Of a stretch of 64,000 nucleotides of DNA, positions 23,099 to 32,066 are shown piece by piece. The notes beneath the pieces are model-generated. The model was given only the letters and a program-made list of their open reading frames with translations. It searched no databases and was not told where the DNA came from. The stretch is taken from contig OZ223272.1 in the NCBI GenBank assembly GCA_965140585.1, positions 352,001 through 416,000 on the forward strand, in the 5' to 3' direction. The stretch comes from Spirochaetia bacterium. GTDB taxonomy: Bacteria; Spirochaetota; Spirochaetia; UBA9216. The stretch's first letter is position 1. Each line of letters opens with the position of its first letter. The translations under genes were made by a program, and so were the position numbers.

Positions 23099-23545
23099 CT
23101 ATTCTCCCTGGACCTGATACCAGAGCTTTCTAGTCCGGGGTCCTGTATCACATTCAACGAGAAAAACATTCTGCCATGGTCCAAGCAGTACTTCGCCGTT
23201 CAGAACAGGAATCGAAAGTGAGTGCTGAAGCAGAAGCGAACGCAGATGACTTGAACCGTTGTCATCGTGCCAGGTTTCGTGATGGCGGTAGGGTGTACCG
23301 TCAGCGAATCCTTCGCCATACGGCATATTCATAGCAGAATCAAACATGTACTGCAGATCGTGATTCAGAATCCCAGGCTCATCCTCAGTGACAATGAGAG
23401 CGGCAACACAGCCTGCTACAAAAATCATTGCATAACCCTCGGTTATTCCGCTTTCAGCAACTGCAGCTCTAATATCAGCATCAATTTTAATGGTGGACAT
23501 CCGGCCCTTCAAACCGTAATCTTTATCCTTTGTAAAAACAGCCAT
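23099..23545 (-). CDS. yjbQ: YjbQ/UPF0047 family protein
   Basis: E.EPG, Y.H...NG.SH.R and LG.WQ....E.D.GPR.R. Confidence 0.8.
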   Translation of the reverse strand: MAVFTKDKDYGLKGRMSTIKIDADIRAAVAESGITEGYAMIFVAGCVAALIVTEDEPGILNHDLQYMFDSAMNMPYGEGFADGTPYRHHETWHDDNGSSHLRSLLLQHSLSIPVLNGEVLLGPWQNVFLVECDTGPRTRKLWYQVQGE

Positions 23546-23563
23546 ATATAAAATATATTGTAA

Positions 23564-23971
23564 TCAATTCTTTGCGGCAATCAATGTTTCGGCAATTGTC
23601 AGCAGAATTACCTTGCGGCTGTAAGTGGCGCCGGAGACTGCATCAATATCAAGTCCCTGTTTTTCCAGAACCATAGCAGGTACAGCATCGGCAGCGCCGC
23701 CCTGCCCGTTCCGGTGCTTGAGCAGCTTAATATCTGTAACCCTGCCGCTTTCTGCCACAGCCTCAATCTCAACAACTATGGGAAATGCGTTTTTGCTTCC
23801 ATGATAGGTGCCGTCGGGTATCTGTGAAAAATCAACTTCAGGAACCTCCTGTACAACCAGATACTCAAGGTTCTTTTCCATTGAACTTATTATCACTCTT
23901 CCCGTAATGACTGCAGCCAGCACAATTACTATTATGACTGCCGGAATTATAATAATCCTTTTCTTCATCAT
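23564..23971 (-). CDS. Membrane-anchored FMN-binding domain protein
   Basis: N-terminal TM, DGTY.G, and the flavinylation motif DAVSGATYS. Confidence 0.85.
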   Translation of the reverse strand: MMKKRIIIIPAVIIVIVLAAVITGRVIISSMEKNLEYLVVQEVPEVDFSQIPDGTYHGSKNAFPIVVEIEAVAESGRVTDIKLLKHRNGQGGAADAVPAMVLEKQGLDIDAVSGATYSRKVILLTIAETLIAAKN

Positions 23972-24918
23972 TTATCTCCTGAAATTCTGCTCTGAAGCCA
24001 GTCTGCAATAGCCGCCTCAGCCATTATTACCGTCATTTTACCATGAGGTCCGTCGGTTACAGTCAAAAATGTTTTATCAGGGCATTTCCACCTGTTGAAT
24101 ATTTCCATACAGCTGCTCTTTTCAATTATACTGTCCGCGCTTCCGTATACAAGCAGGAGCGGCAGATCAATATCCTCAGCACGCTCCGCCATTGTGTCCA
24201 TCATCTTTTTTGACTGCAGCATCATATACATACTGAAATATTTCACGAGCAGCGGATCTTCAGAGCGTTCAACTGCTTCGCGGCGCTCCTCCGGGTTTTC
24301 AATAAGCGAGGGGTCTCCGGCCATGTTTACAACAGGTTTATGCGGCGCAAAAATCATATAAGAGGCATACTTTATATATTCAAAAAAAGACGGGGTCATA
24401 CCCTTTGAGGCTTTCATCCTCAGAGGCGGATTTACAAGAATTATGCCGCTTACCTGCGGCAGTCTCTGAGCAAGGAGCATGGCAACAGCACAGGACATGC
24501 TGTGACCATAGAAAAAAGCACGGTGACCGGGGGGCTGATGCCCAAGATCCGCAGCAACAGTCTCGGTATAATCGTCTATAAAAACATCAAAATTCCTGAG
24601 AGAACCTCTTGCGCCTTCTGAATATCCGGTACCGGTTGGATGGATAACAACAACACGGTATACACCGCCGCTTAAAAGCATGATGACATCCATTTCAGAA
24701 TTATGATTTATTCCGGTTATCCCGGAGAGGATATAAACAGTTGCGCAGGCAGTCCCGGATGGAAGATATTCATAACTGTAAATGAGATTTCCGCTGGATG
24801 CGGTATAAAAACTACCTCCGTCCTCAGGCGGAAACTCAGGAGTTCCGGAAGAAGGAATTCCGCTGCATGCGCACATAATCAATATCCCTGTTAGAATGAA
24901 ATAATACCTTGTTTTCAT
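23968..24918 (-). CDS. Alpha/beta hydrolase, probable lipoprotein
   Basis: Signal with CACS, G.GYSEGARG, GHSMS, G..D and GPH. Confidence 0.8.
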   Translation of the reverse strand: MKTRYYFILTGILIMCACSGIPSSGTPEFPPEDGGSFYTASSGNLIYSYEYLPSGTACATVYILSGITGINHNSEMDVIMLLSGGVYRVVVIHPTGTGYSEGARGSLRNFDVFIDDYTETVAADLGHQPPGHRAFFYGHSMSCAVAMLLAQRLPQVSGIILVNPPLRMKASKGMTPSFFEYIKYASYMIFAPHKPVVNMAGDPSLIENPEERREAVERSEDPLLVKYFSMYMMLQSKKMMDTMAERAEDIDLPLLLVYGSADSIIEKSSCMEIFNRWKCPDKTFLTVTDGPHGKMTVIMAEAAIADWLQSRISGDK

Positions 24919-24949
24919 AAAAAAAGCGGACTTTCATATCAAGCCCGCT
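24919..24949 (-). terminator. Intrinsic terminator after the Dabb gene
   Basis: AGCGGGCTT...AAGTCCGCT stem plus a T-run ending directly at the next ATG. Confidence 0.7.
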
Positions 24950-24992
24950 GTTTAAACACATCAGCCATAAGATACTGTCACTGCTGTATGAT

Positions 24993-25280
24993 TTATTCAA
25001 TAAAGTCGATGCTGGCCTTATCCTGAAGAAGAGGTACAACCCTTGCAAGTACGCCCTGGTGGTAGGGATGTTTCTGGTATTCTTCAAGTTTCGCGTAATT
25101 CTCGTGGCTTGTCATTAGAACAAAGTCTCTGCTGGAATAGGGAGAATCTACTGTCTCGCCTACTATGACATCAAGTACAGCCGGAATATTCCCCTTCATT
25201 CCAAGGAAGGTTTCCTTCAGGATCCCGATATTCTCAGCCTTCGGTTCTTTTACATTCCATACGACAACGTGTTTTAACAT
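24993..25280 (-). CDS. Dabb / stress-responsive A/B barrel protein
   Basis: MLKHVV.W, L..YQ.HP.H and C-terminal DF. Confidence 0.85.
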   Translation of the reverse strand: MLKHVVVWNVKEPKAENIGILKETFLGMKGNIPAVLDVIVGETVDSPYSSRDFVLMTSHENYAKLEEYQKHPYHQGVLARVVPLLQDKASIDFIE

Positions 25281-25419
25281 AATTCCCGCCTTAGTTAACT
25301 GCTATATTTATAAGTCTAATTCTGCGTCTTATATGACTTTATTGTAAAGACCTAACCCTTCAGTGTTCTGACAAAATCGGACATTTTTCAGCATTTCGGT
25401 TAATCCGTCTTAAGAAATC

Positions 25420-26184
25420 CTAATTTGAAAGTAATTTCAATTCCAGATAATTGCTTATGTAGGCAAGATAATCCATACCGGCGGTCAGCATTGAGGGGTG
25501 CTGGCAGTTTCTGAACATCTTTACATCACAGAGAGGGATTTTCTCTTTCAAACCTAGATAAATATCCCTTAAATTCGGGAGGTATTCATCTTCCACAGAA
25601 CCGGTAAACAAAACGGGTATTGAAAGCTGGGAAAGGTCTTTATGAAAAAAGCGGCGCAGGTTGCGGTGATGCTCGAGCGTTACAGCAGTATCATTTGTGA
25701 TGACATTGTTCCAGTTTTTTCCGTGCATAAGAAACCAGAAGAACCTGTTAAGAAGATTTCTTCTTGCTGTCAGCCTCTCATTTTCAAGGTTTTCTACATA
25801 AGCGTCCAGCGAAACTTCACCTTCAAAAGAATCAGCTATTACGCAGCTTATTGTATCCGGATGCTCAAGCGCAAGATTCAGTGCAATCAGAGCCCCTCCG
25901 CTGTAGCCGGATACAATCACCTTCTGAAGTTCAAGCTGAAGAATCAGATTATAAAGCGCCCTTGAGTTTTCAAACCAGAAATCTACCGGCCAGTTCTCCA
26001 GTTTTTCAGAACGTCCGTGTCCCGGAAGATCCGGTGAAATTACCCTGAAATTTTCCGAAAGTTTTTTAATAATCGGGCTGTGCATGCGTGAAGAAACAGA
26101 ATTTCCGTGAATAATCAGCAGCGGAGGTCCGTTGCCGCACTCGGAATAATAGACTTTCTTATTATGATATGTAAAAAATGCCAA
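25420..26184 (-). CDS. Alpha/beta hydrolase
   Basis: HG, DLPGHGRS, GYSGG, G..D and H. TTG start with a GAGGA RBS. Confidence 0.85.
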   Translation of the reverse strand: MAFFTYHNKKVYYSECGNGPPLLIIHGNSVSSRMHSPIIKKLSENFRVISPDLPGHGRSEKLENWPVDFWFENSRALYNLILQLELQKVIVSGYSGGALIALNLALEHPDTISCVIADSFEGEVSLDAYVENLENERLTARRNLLNRFFWFLMHGKNWNNVITNDTAVTLEHHRNLRRFFHKDLSQLSIPVLFTGSVEDEYLPNLRDIYLGLKEKIPLCDVKMFRNCQHPSMLTAGMDYLAYISNYLELKLLSN

Positions 26185-26264
26185 TCGATGTTTCCTCTTT
26201 TTTACATGAGTACGTCAGGTTGTAAATTATCGCCATTCTACCACATGATAATATCAGAGAGCAA

Positions 26265-27860
26265 CTAATCTCTGTTTTCATCTCCGGAATACAGACGGCT
26301 GCAGTTTTTTCCGGAAGCTTTGGCATCATAAAGGGCTGTATCGGCATGTGTATATGCTTCATCAAAGGTCGGTTCACAGGCGCCGTCCACAACAACACCG
26401 CCGAGTGAAATGGTTACAACGCTGTTTTTTTCACGGGGATGAGTTATACCCAGGCCGGCTACCGAATGTCTAATCATCTCCATTATTTCCATCAGCTGGG
26501 CATCAGTTTCAGAGAGGACAATTACCGCGAATTCCTCACCGCCTACCCTGAATACCTTATCAGTATTACGCTGCATGACAGACCGCACTGACTGGGATAT
26601 TTCCCTGAGGACCCGGTCGCCCTCCTGATGTCCATTCATATCATTAAGAAACTTAAACCAGTCAACATCAAAGAAAATCAGGGCAAATTTAGTCTGCTTA
26701 CGTTCCGCCCGGGAGAGCTCTTCATTCAGAACCTGATCAAAAACCCTGCGGTTCCATAAACCGGTAAGGGGGTCTTCGGTCGACAGAGTCTCAACTCTCC
26801 GGTATGCATGGAACAGTTGATTCAGAATTACAATACTGATAATCAGAAAGGCCGCAATCAAAAGAAAGGGCAAAGATTTAAGAAAGGCCTGCAGAATCAT
26901 TTCGCTTTTTGAAGCATAAACTGCCAGAAACCAGTCCGGATCTTCGAGTTTGGTATAGGACAGGAAAGTACTATCCTGCTCGTATGAGAACTTCGATTCA
27001 TCCAAAGCAGTAAAATCGGGAACAAAAGGCGGCTCATCCTCTTTAACTATAAGCGTGCCGTCTGAAGCAAAGAGAAAAACCTTTGAATGGGGTACATGAT
27101 AGCGGTTTATCAGCCAGTTAAGCCTGCTGACGCTGATATCAAGACTGATCGCGCCCATATATCTATCGCCTGCATAAACGGGTGTACTGAGAGTAACCAT
27201 ATAACCCTTTCCTGCTTCATCTAGATAGAGAGGCGTCCACACTACTCTTCGTTCGGGATTCTGTTCCGGCCTTGCATAAGTTACAAAATCCATATTCTGT
27301 ATCTTTTCTGAATAGAAAAAATCATCCGTTCCGACTCTCGGAAATAGATACATAAAACCGTTTTCTGAGGTGTAGTATATCCATGGAGTTTCAGGATCCC
27401 GCTCAATCACAGTCCTGAATATAGAGGTCAGCGACAAAGCCATATCCATTTCCGCAATTATGTCCGGATCGGTTATTTTTGAAACATCGAGACCTGTAAT
27501 ATTGCCTATTGTTTTTGAATTGTAGCCTGGAGGAATATCAAGGGTGAAGCCGTTCTTTCCATCAACAGGCCTCAGGAAAGGCCTGAGATCAGCTGACAGC
27601 TGCTGCTTACCGCTAAGGTAATCTTCGGCCATCCGCCTGAGAGCTTTTATAGTATGGGTACGGATACTGAACTCATGCTCAAATAAAAGTGACAGCCTTT
27701 CAGTATCTTCAAGAACAATCCACTTCTGGCGATCATATTCAGTATAAAAGGAATTGGCAGCAGCAATTACAGAAACCAGTATTGCAATACAGGCTGTTAC
27801 CAGTATCAATAGAATTTTCGGCCGTCCCTGCTTCTGTCGCATTTCGGAAACATTATCCAT
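26265..27860 (-). CDS. Membrane diguanylate cyclase with dCache sensor domain
   Basis: TM-Cache (WTPLYLD.AG.G...T.S.PV)-TM, then DPLTGL.NRR, D.D.FK..ND..GH..GD, RNTD I-site and GGEEF. Confidence 0.9.
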   Translation of the reverse strand: MDNVSEMRQKQGRPKILLILVTACIAILVSVIAAANSFYTEYDRQKWIVLEDTERLSLLFEHEFSIRTHTIKALRRMAEDYLSGKQQLSADLRPFLRPVDGKNGFTLDIPPGYNSKTIGNITGLDVSKITDPDIIAEMDMALSLTSIFRTVIERDPETPWIYYTSENGFMYLFPRVGTDDFFYSEKIQNMDFVTYARPEQNPERRVVWTPLYLDEAGKGYMVTLSTPVYAGDRYMGAISLDISVSRLNWLINRYHVPHSKVFLFASDGTLIVKEDEPPFVPDFTALDESKFSYEQDSTFLSYTKLEDPDWFLAVYASKSEMILQAFLKSLPFLLIAAFLIISIVILNQLFHAYRRVETLSTEDPLTGLWNRRVFDQVLNEELSRAERKQTKFALIFFDVDWFKFLNDMNGHQEGDRVLREISQSVRSVMQRNTDKVFRVGGEEFAVIVLSETDAQLMEIMEMIRHSVAGLGITHPREKNSVVTISLGGVVVDGACEPTFDEAYTHADTALYDAKASGKNCSRLYSGDENRD

Positions 27861-27913
27861 ATCTATAAGTATAATGATAAAAGATAAAAATCATAAGAAA
27901 TAATAATTTAAAG

Positions 27914-27944
27914 TTGACTATAACGTAAGGTGATAGTTTATTAT
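27914..27944 (+). promoter_or_regulatory. MerR-type promoter with 19-bp spacer and dyad operator
   Basis: TTGACT-19 nt-TATTAT. Imperfect dyad CTATAAC-gtaag-GTGATAG spans the spacer. Confidence 0.85.
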
Positions 27945-27962
27945 TTTTTCAGGAGCAGAAGA

Positions 27963-28736
27963 ATGAGTCTAAAAACCAAAGAAGCAGCTGTAATATCCGG
28001 AGTAAGCATACGGACACTTCATCATTATGATTATACAGGACTTCTGAAACCCTCGGGCCACACCGAAAAGGGATACAGACTTTATTCAGATTCTGATTTA
28101 GCTAGACTGCAGCAGATTCTGTTTTTCAGGGAACTTGATTTTCCACTGTCCGAGATTGGAGAAATACTCAACTCTGACGGTTCGAAGAGAATGGAAATAC
28201 TGAAAATGCAGAAACAGCTCCTTGAAATGAAGATGAATAGGCTGGCCGGCATCATCAGAAATATTGAGCAGACAATATCACTTGAATCAGAGGGAGAAAC
28301 TATGAACAGCAAAGACAGATTTGAGTCTTTCAGTATGAAAGAAATTGAAGAGCACCGAAGAAAATACACCGACGAAGTAAAAGAAAAATACGGCAGCACT
28401 GATGCATACCTGCAGAGCAGTATGAAAACAACCGGATATTCTGAAAAAGACTGGAAAGATATTATGACAAGAGGAAATACTATACTCAGAGAAATGAGTG
28501 AACTGATGAATCTGGACCCTGATGATGCTGATGTTCAGGCAGCAGTAAAGAAATGGCAGCAGCACATCACAGACAGCTATTATAACTGCAGCATTGAGAT
28601 TCTAAGAGGACTTGGGAAAATGTACATCGTGGATGAAAGATTTAAAAAGAATATCGATAAAACTGCAGAGGGTCTGGCAGATTTTATGAGCAGGGCCATA
28701 AAAGTGTACTGCTCAGATAATAAACAGAAGGTCTGA
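27963..28736 (+). CDS. MerR-family regulator, TipA/Mta type (HTH plus TipAS ligand domain)
   Basis: GVSIRTLHHYD..GLL.P...GYRLY and C-terminal LG.MY..DERF. AGGAG RBS. Confidence 0.92.
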   Translation: MSLKTKEAAVISGVSIRTLHHYDYTGLLKPSGHTEKGYRLYSDSDLARLQQILFFRELDFPLSEIGEILNSDGSKRMEILKMQKQLLEMKMNRLAGIIRNIEQTISLESEGETMNSKDRFESFSMKEIEEHRRKYTDEVKEKYGSTDAYLQSSMKTTGYSEKDWKDIMTRGNTILREMSELMNLDPDDADVQAAVKKWQQHITDSYYNCSIEILRGLGKMYIVDERFKKNIDKTAEGLADFMSRAIKVYCSDNKQKV

Positions 28737-28767
28737 GAATCTTTTCTTCAGTACCGAATTTGGGCTG

Positions 28768-29556
28768 TCAGCAGGGAACGGGCCGACAGCCGGCTTCCTG
28801 CTCTTTTCTTATCTGCATGATATCGTAGCTTGTAATTCTGTTCTTACCCTTTGATTTTGCGTCATAGAGGGCGTCATCAGCCTGATTGCAAAGCTCTTCA
28901 AACCCGGAATTATTTGATTCCGACAGCACAGTAATACCGATACTGATGGTAAATCTTATTTCCATTGCTCTGTATTCGATGATTTTACGGTGACTTATAA
29001 CCCGCAGTTCTTCAGCTATCTTAAATGCTCCCTTAAGGTCTGTCTCATCAAGCAGCAGGACAAACTCTTCACCGCCGACTCTTCCTGCTACATCGCTCTT
29101 TCGCAGACGCTGGTAGAGCAGCTCTCCGAATTCCTGCAGAACAAGATCTCCTGCAGCATGCCCGAAATTGTCGTTAATCTTTTTAAAATCATCAATATCA
29201 ATATAGACTACAGCCAGCTTTCTGAGATTCCTGGACGCGGAATTGTAAAGACTTTCAGCAACCCTCAAAAAAGCGCCCCGGTTATACAGACCTGTTAGTG
29301 AATCATACGTGGCAAGGTATCCCAGCTCCTCTTTAAGCCGGTTAATCTTCTGAAGCAAACCTATTGTAAACCACATGCTTATTGATGACAGAATTCCCGG
29401 AATCAAAATAGCCAGAGCCATACCGTAGAATGTGAGTTCATGACCAATGATAACTGAAACTGATGCCCAGATAAGAAGAGAAGCAGACATTGCTGTAGTT
29501 GAAATTATTCCTACGGCGACTTGCCGTTTTAGAGCAATTAATTTTTCTCCCAGCAT
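28768..29556 (-). CDS. Diguanylate cyclase with two N-terminal TM helices
   Basis: DSLTGLYNR, DIDDFKKIND.FGH..GD, RKSD I-site and GGEEF. Confidence 0.9.
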   Translation of the reverse strand: MLGEKLIALKRQVAVGIISTTAMSASLLIWASVSVIIGHELTFYGMALAILIPGILSSISMWFTIGLLQKINRLKEELGYLATYDSLTGLYNRGAFLRVAESLYNSASRNLRKLAVVYIDIDDFKKINDNFGHAAGDLVLQEFGELLYQRLRKSDVAGRVGGEEFVLLLDETDLKGAFKIAEELRVISHRKIIEYRAMEIRFTISIGITVLSESNNSGFEELCNQADDALYDAKSKGKNRITSYDIMQIRKEQEAGCRPVPC

Positions 29557-29613
29557 AGTTCCCCCCGGGACAGAATACTATGAATATTCCCCGGGGTCAA
29601 TTTGTATGAAAAC

Positions 29614-29949
29614 TCAAACCGTCAAAAGTTTCTTATTATCCTTTAAAATTCCGGTCAACGGCTGTCCCCAGTAGATAACCTCGACACCAAGGCCTTCAAG
29701 AATCTCTGTCACCCCAAGCTGGTCCGCGCAGGAACGGCAGGCCGACACGTGCACACCACCCTCTATCAGAAGCTTTATCTGCTCCTGTACGGCTGCTGAT
29801 TCAGATGTCAGCTTTGCCGTACTTCCCCAGATAATAATTGTAACCTTATCCCACCAGCCCTTGAGCAGTGCGTTTTTTGAATACATGCAGACCATTTTTT
29901 CAAATGCAAGTTCATCGGCATTCGTCCACAGAATAAATAATTCATCCAT
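29614..29949 (-). CDS. DsrE-family protein
   Basis: IIWG, AC..CA..LGV motif and size. Confidence 0.75.
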   Translation of the reverse strand: MDELFILWTNADELAFEKMVCMYSKNALLKGWWDKVTIIIWGSTAKLTSESAAVQEQIKLLIEGGVHVSACRSCADQLGVTEILEGLGVEVIYWGQPLTGILKDNKKLLTV

Positions 29950-30418
29950 GATTATTCTTACTCCTTTTATTCATTGATTTTTCGTAGATATAAATCCATT
30001 GTTCAACTGTGACTTTTGCACACAATTCTTCGATAAGTTTAAAAGGGATTTCATCAGGATATTTAAAACGTATACAGCTCTTCCCCATATTTATTTTGTG
30101 TCTGTAGCCGAGAGATTCGTATTCTCCGGTAAACCAGTCAAAAAGCTCTTTATCTGCATAAATTCCTGAATGATACAGGGCGAAGTAGCTGCTCTGAGCT
30201 GCAAGGTTGATGAACGGCAGGGGAAGCTCTCTACCGGTGTGATATCCCTTCGGATAGAGGGAAAGAGGAACAACCCAGCCTATCATTTTATATGACAGGC
30301 ATTCTTCGAATCCGGAAGGAATACCACGCCTAACAGCATCAGCTATCTGTATAAGCATGCTCCTTCGAGGTTCGGGGAAGCTTTCAATATATTCACTGAC
30401 TGTCTTAATTTCAGCCAA
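29942..30418 (-). CDS. DUF1801 (YdhG-like) protein
   Basis: V.EYI, M.G.VVP...YP.GYH and MGKSCIRF. TTG start. Confidence 0.8.
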   Translation of the reverse strand: MAEIKTVSEYIESFPEPRRSMLIQIADAVRRGIPSGFEECLSYKMIGWVVPLSLYPKGYHTGRELPLPFINLAAQSSYFALYHSGIYADKELFDWFTGEYESLGYRHKINMGKSCIRFKYPDEIPFKLIEELCAKVTVEQWIYIYEKSMNKRSKNNHG

Positions 30419-30466
30419 AGGATACTCCCGTTAAAAATTACCTATCATCAAATATAATATACATTA

Positions 30467-31558
30467 TCATTCCGGTAAACTTTTTGTTTTGACATATTCG
30501 ATATAATCTCCTGATTTAATTCGCTCGAGACATGAAACATCGCGGTTATAAATATAAATCCAGCAGAAATATTTCCGCCCGCTGTCGGAGAGGGCTGTAA
30601 TGGTTTTACGCAGATACTCCTTTGGATGTGGAAAATTATCGGTTATTTCCTCATATTCATCAAGAAATCCGAGAACTTCAGGATTAGTGCCGATATGGTA
30701 GATGTCTCCCCGGACTTTTTCTTCAGGATTAAAAGACTCAGTCATGGCGGGAAAAACCTTCACATTGTACAGCCGCCCGCAAACGGAGGCAGATCCTTCA
30801 TATTCAGACAGACCTTCAAGAATTGTATTTTTGTCAAAGCCCGGATACTTTCTCAGGGTTCCGTATACAAATACATATTCGGGATTTTTGTCAGCCGACA
30901 GAGTCTCACCCTTTACCAGCCAGGAGAAACCGAATGCAGCCAGAGCTGTGGTTTCAAGCCAGAATATCGGCCTGAACCGGGCGATTTTATCGAATACATA
31001 TGCAGGCAGAAGGTTGCAGACTGCGAGCAGCAGAAGCGACACAAAAATAAAAATTCCGCATGTACGGTAAATTCTGTTTCTGTTCAGTTTTGCTTTTAGA
31101 AGAGGCGCTTTCTGATTCGTTTTCACAAACAGAAAAAAGGAAATAATTGATAGAAGCAGAAAAAATACTGCCGCTGAGGTGAAATGCACTGCGGTAACGG
31201 CTGCAGGTGAAAGAAAACTGAAAAGATAGTTCACTTTGATACTGCTCTCATTCATTGCCGGAAAGACAGCAATAAGAAAAGCAGCGAACCCCGCAATTGA
31301 GCTTATTATATTATCAGCTTCGGAATATCCCTTATAGGTGATAAGAAATACCGAGAAGCTGCAGAGCACAGCAACAAGCAGGTCTCCCGAATTGGAAAAA
31401 TAGTAACTGCTTATTGAAGGACCCAGAGAGTAGACTCCTGACATCAGAGTGGACAGATACAGCATAAGCGGAAGCCCCATCCCGAGAATACCCAGTATCC
31501 TTCTAAGTGTCTTATAGGAAATAAGCATATTAGCATCGTTTTTTACATTCACAGACAT
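30467..31558 (-). CDS. Fusion of a multi-TM membrane domain and a gamma-glutamylcyclotransferase (AIG2-like) domain
   Basis: About six TM segments (ISY.TLRR..G.LG, SIS.YY, H...A..FF, E..AL.AFG.SW.VKG), then FVYGTLR...G.LY...FPA...LDEYE...WIY. Confidence 0.75.
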   Translation of the reverse strand: MSVNVKNDANMLISYKTLRRILGILGMGLPLMLYLSTLMSGVYSLGPSISSYYFSNSGDLLVAVLCSFSVFLITYKGYSEADNIISSIAGFAAFLIAVFPAMNESSIKVNYLFSFLSPAAVTAVHFTSAAVFFLLLSIISFFLFVKTNQKAPLLKAKLNRNRIYRTCGIFIFVSLLLLAVCNLLPAYVFDKIARFRPIFWLETTALAAFGFSWLVKGETLSADKNPEYVFVYGTLRKYPGFDKNTILEGLSEYEGSASVCGRLYNVKVFPAMTESFNPEEKVRGDIYHIGTNPEVLGFLDEYEEITDNFPHPKEYLRKTITALSDSGRKYFCWIYIYNRDVSCLERIKSGDYIEYVKTKSLPE

Positions 31559-31619
31559 TCACCCTGCCCCGTTTTTCTGTCAGTATAATACAGAAGATAT
31601 TTTTGAAAAAGGATACGCC

Positions 31620-32048
31620 ATGAGCAGCTATGAATATATTGTAAGCGCCTGTCTTGCAGGAATTAATTGCCGGTACGACGGAAGAAACACTCTCGATCCC
31701 GATGCGGCAAAACTGGTTGCTGAGGGGCGGGCATTACCGGTCTGCCCCGAACTTCTCGGAGGACTCCCCGCTCCTCGTGAATCATCGGAGATAGTTAGAA
31801 CACCCGAAGGAAGCAAAAAAGTTATGACGGCTTCCGGAGAAGATGTATCGGAAGCATTTATAAAGGGAGCGAGAGCAACCCTCGAAATATGCAGAACCTG
31901 CGGTATAACAAAGGCAATCCTGCAGCAGCGCAGCCCTTCCTGCGGATGCGGGACTGTTTACGACGGAAGCTTCAGCGGAAAAACAATTGAAGGAATGGGA
32001 GTCACTGCCTCACTGCTCTCCTCCGCAGGAATTGAGATTTTAAGCTGA
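31620..32048 (+). CDS. DUF523 / 2-thiouracil desulfurase (TudS)-family protein
   Basis: VSACL.G..CRYDG, VCPE..GGL..PR and SPSCG. Confidence 0.85.
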   Translation: MSSYEYIVSACLAGINCRYDGRNTLDPDAAKLVAEGRALPVCPELLGGLPAPRESSEIVRTPEGSKKVMTASGEDVSEAFIKGARATLEICRTCGITKAILQQRSPSCGCGTVYDGSFSGKTIEGMGVTASLLSSAGIEILS

Positions 32049-32066
32049 GCAGAGAGACTGTCTCTA

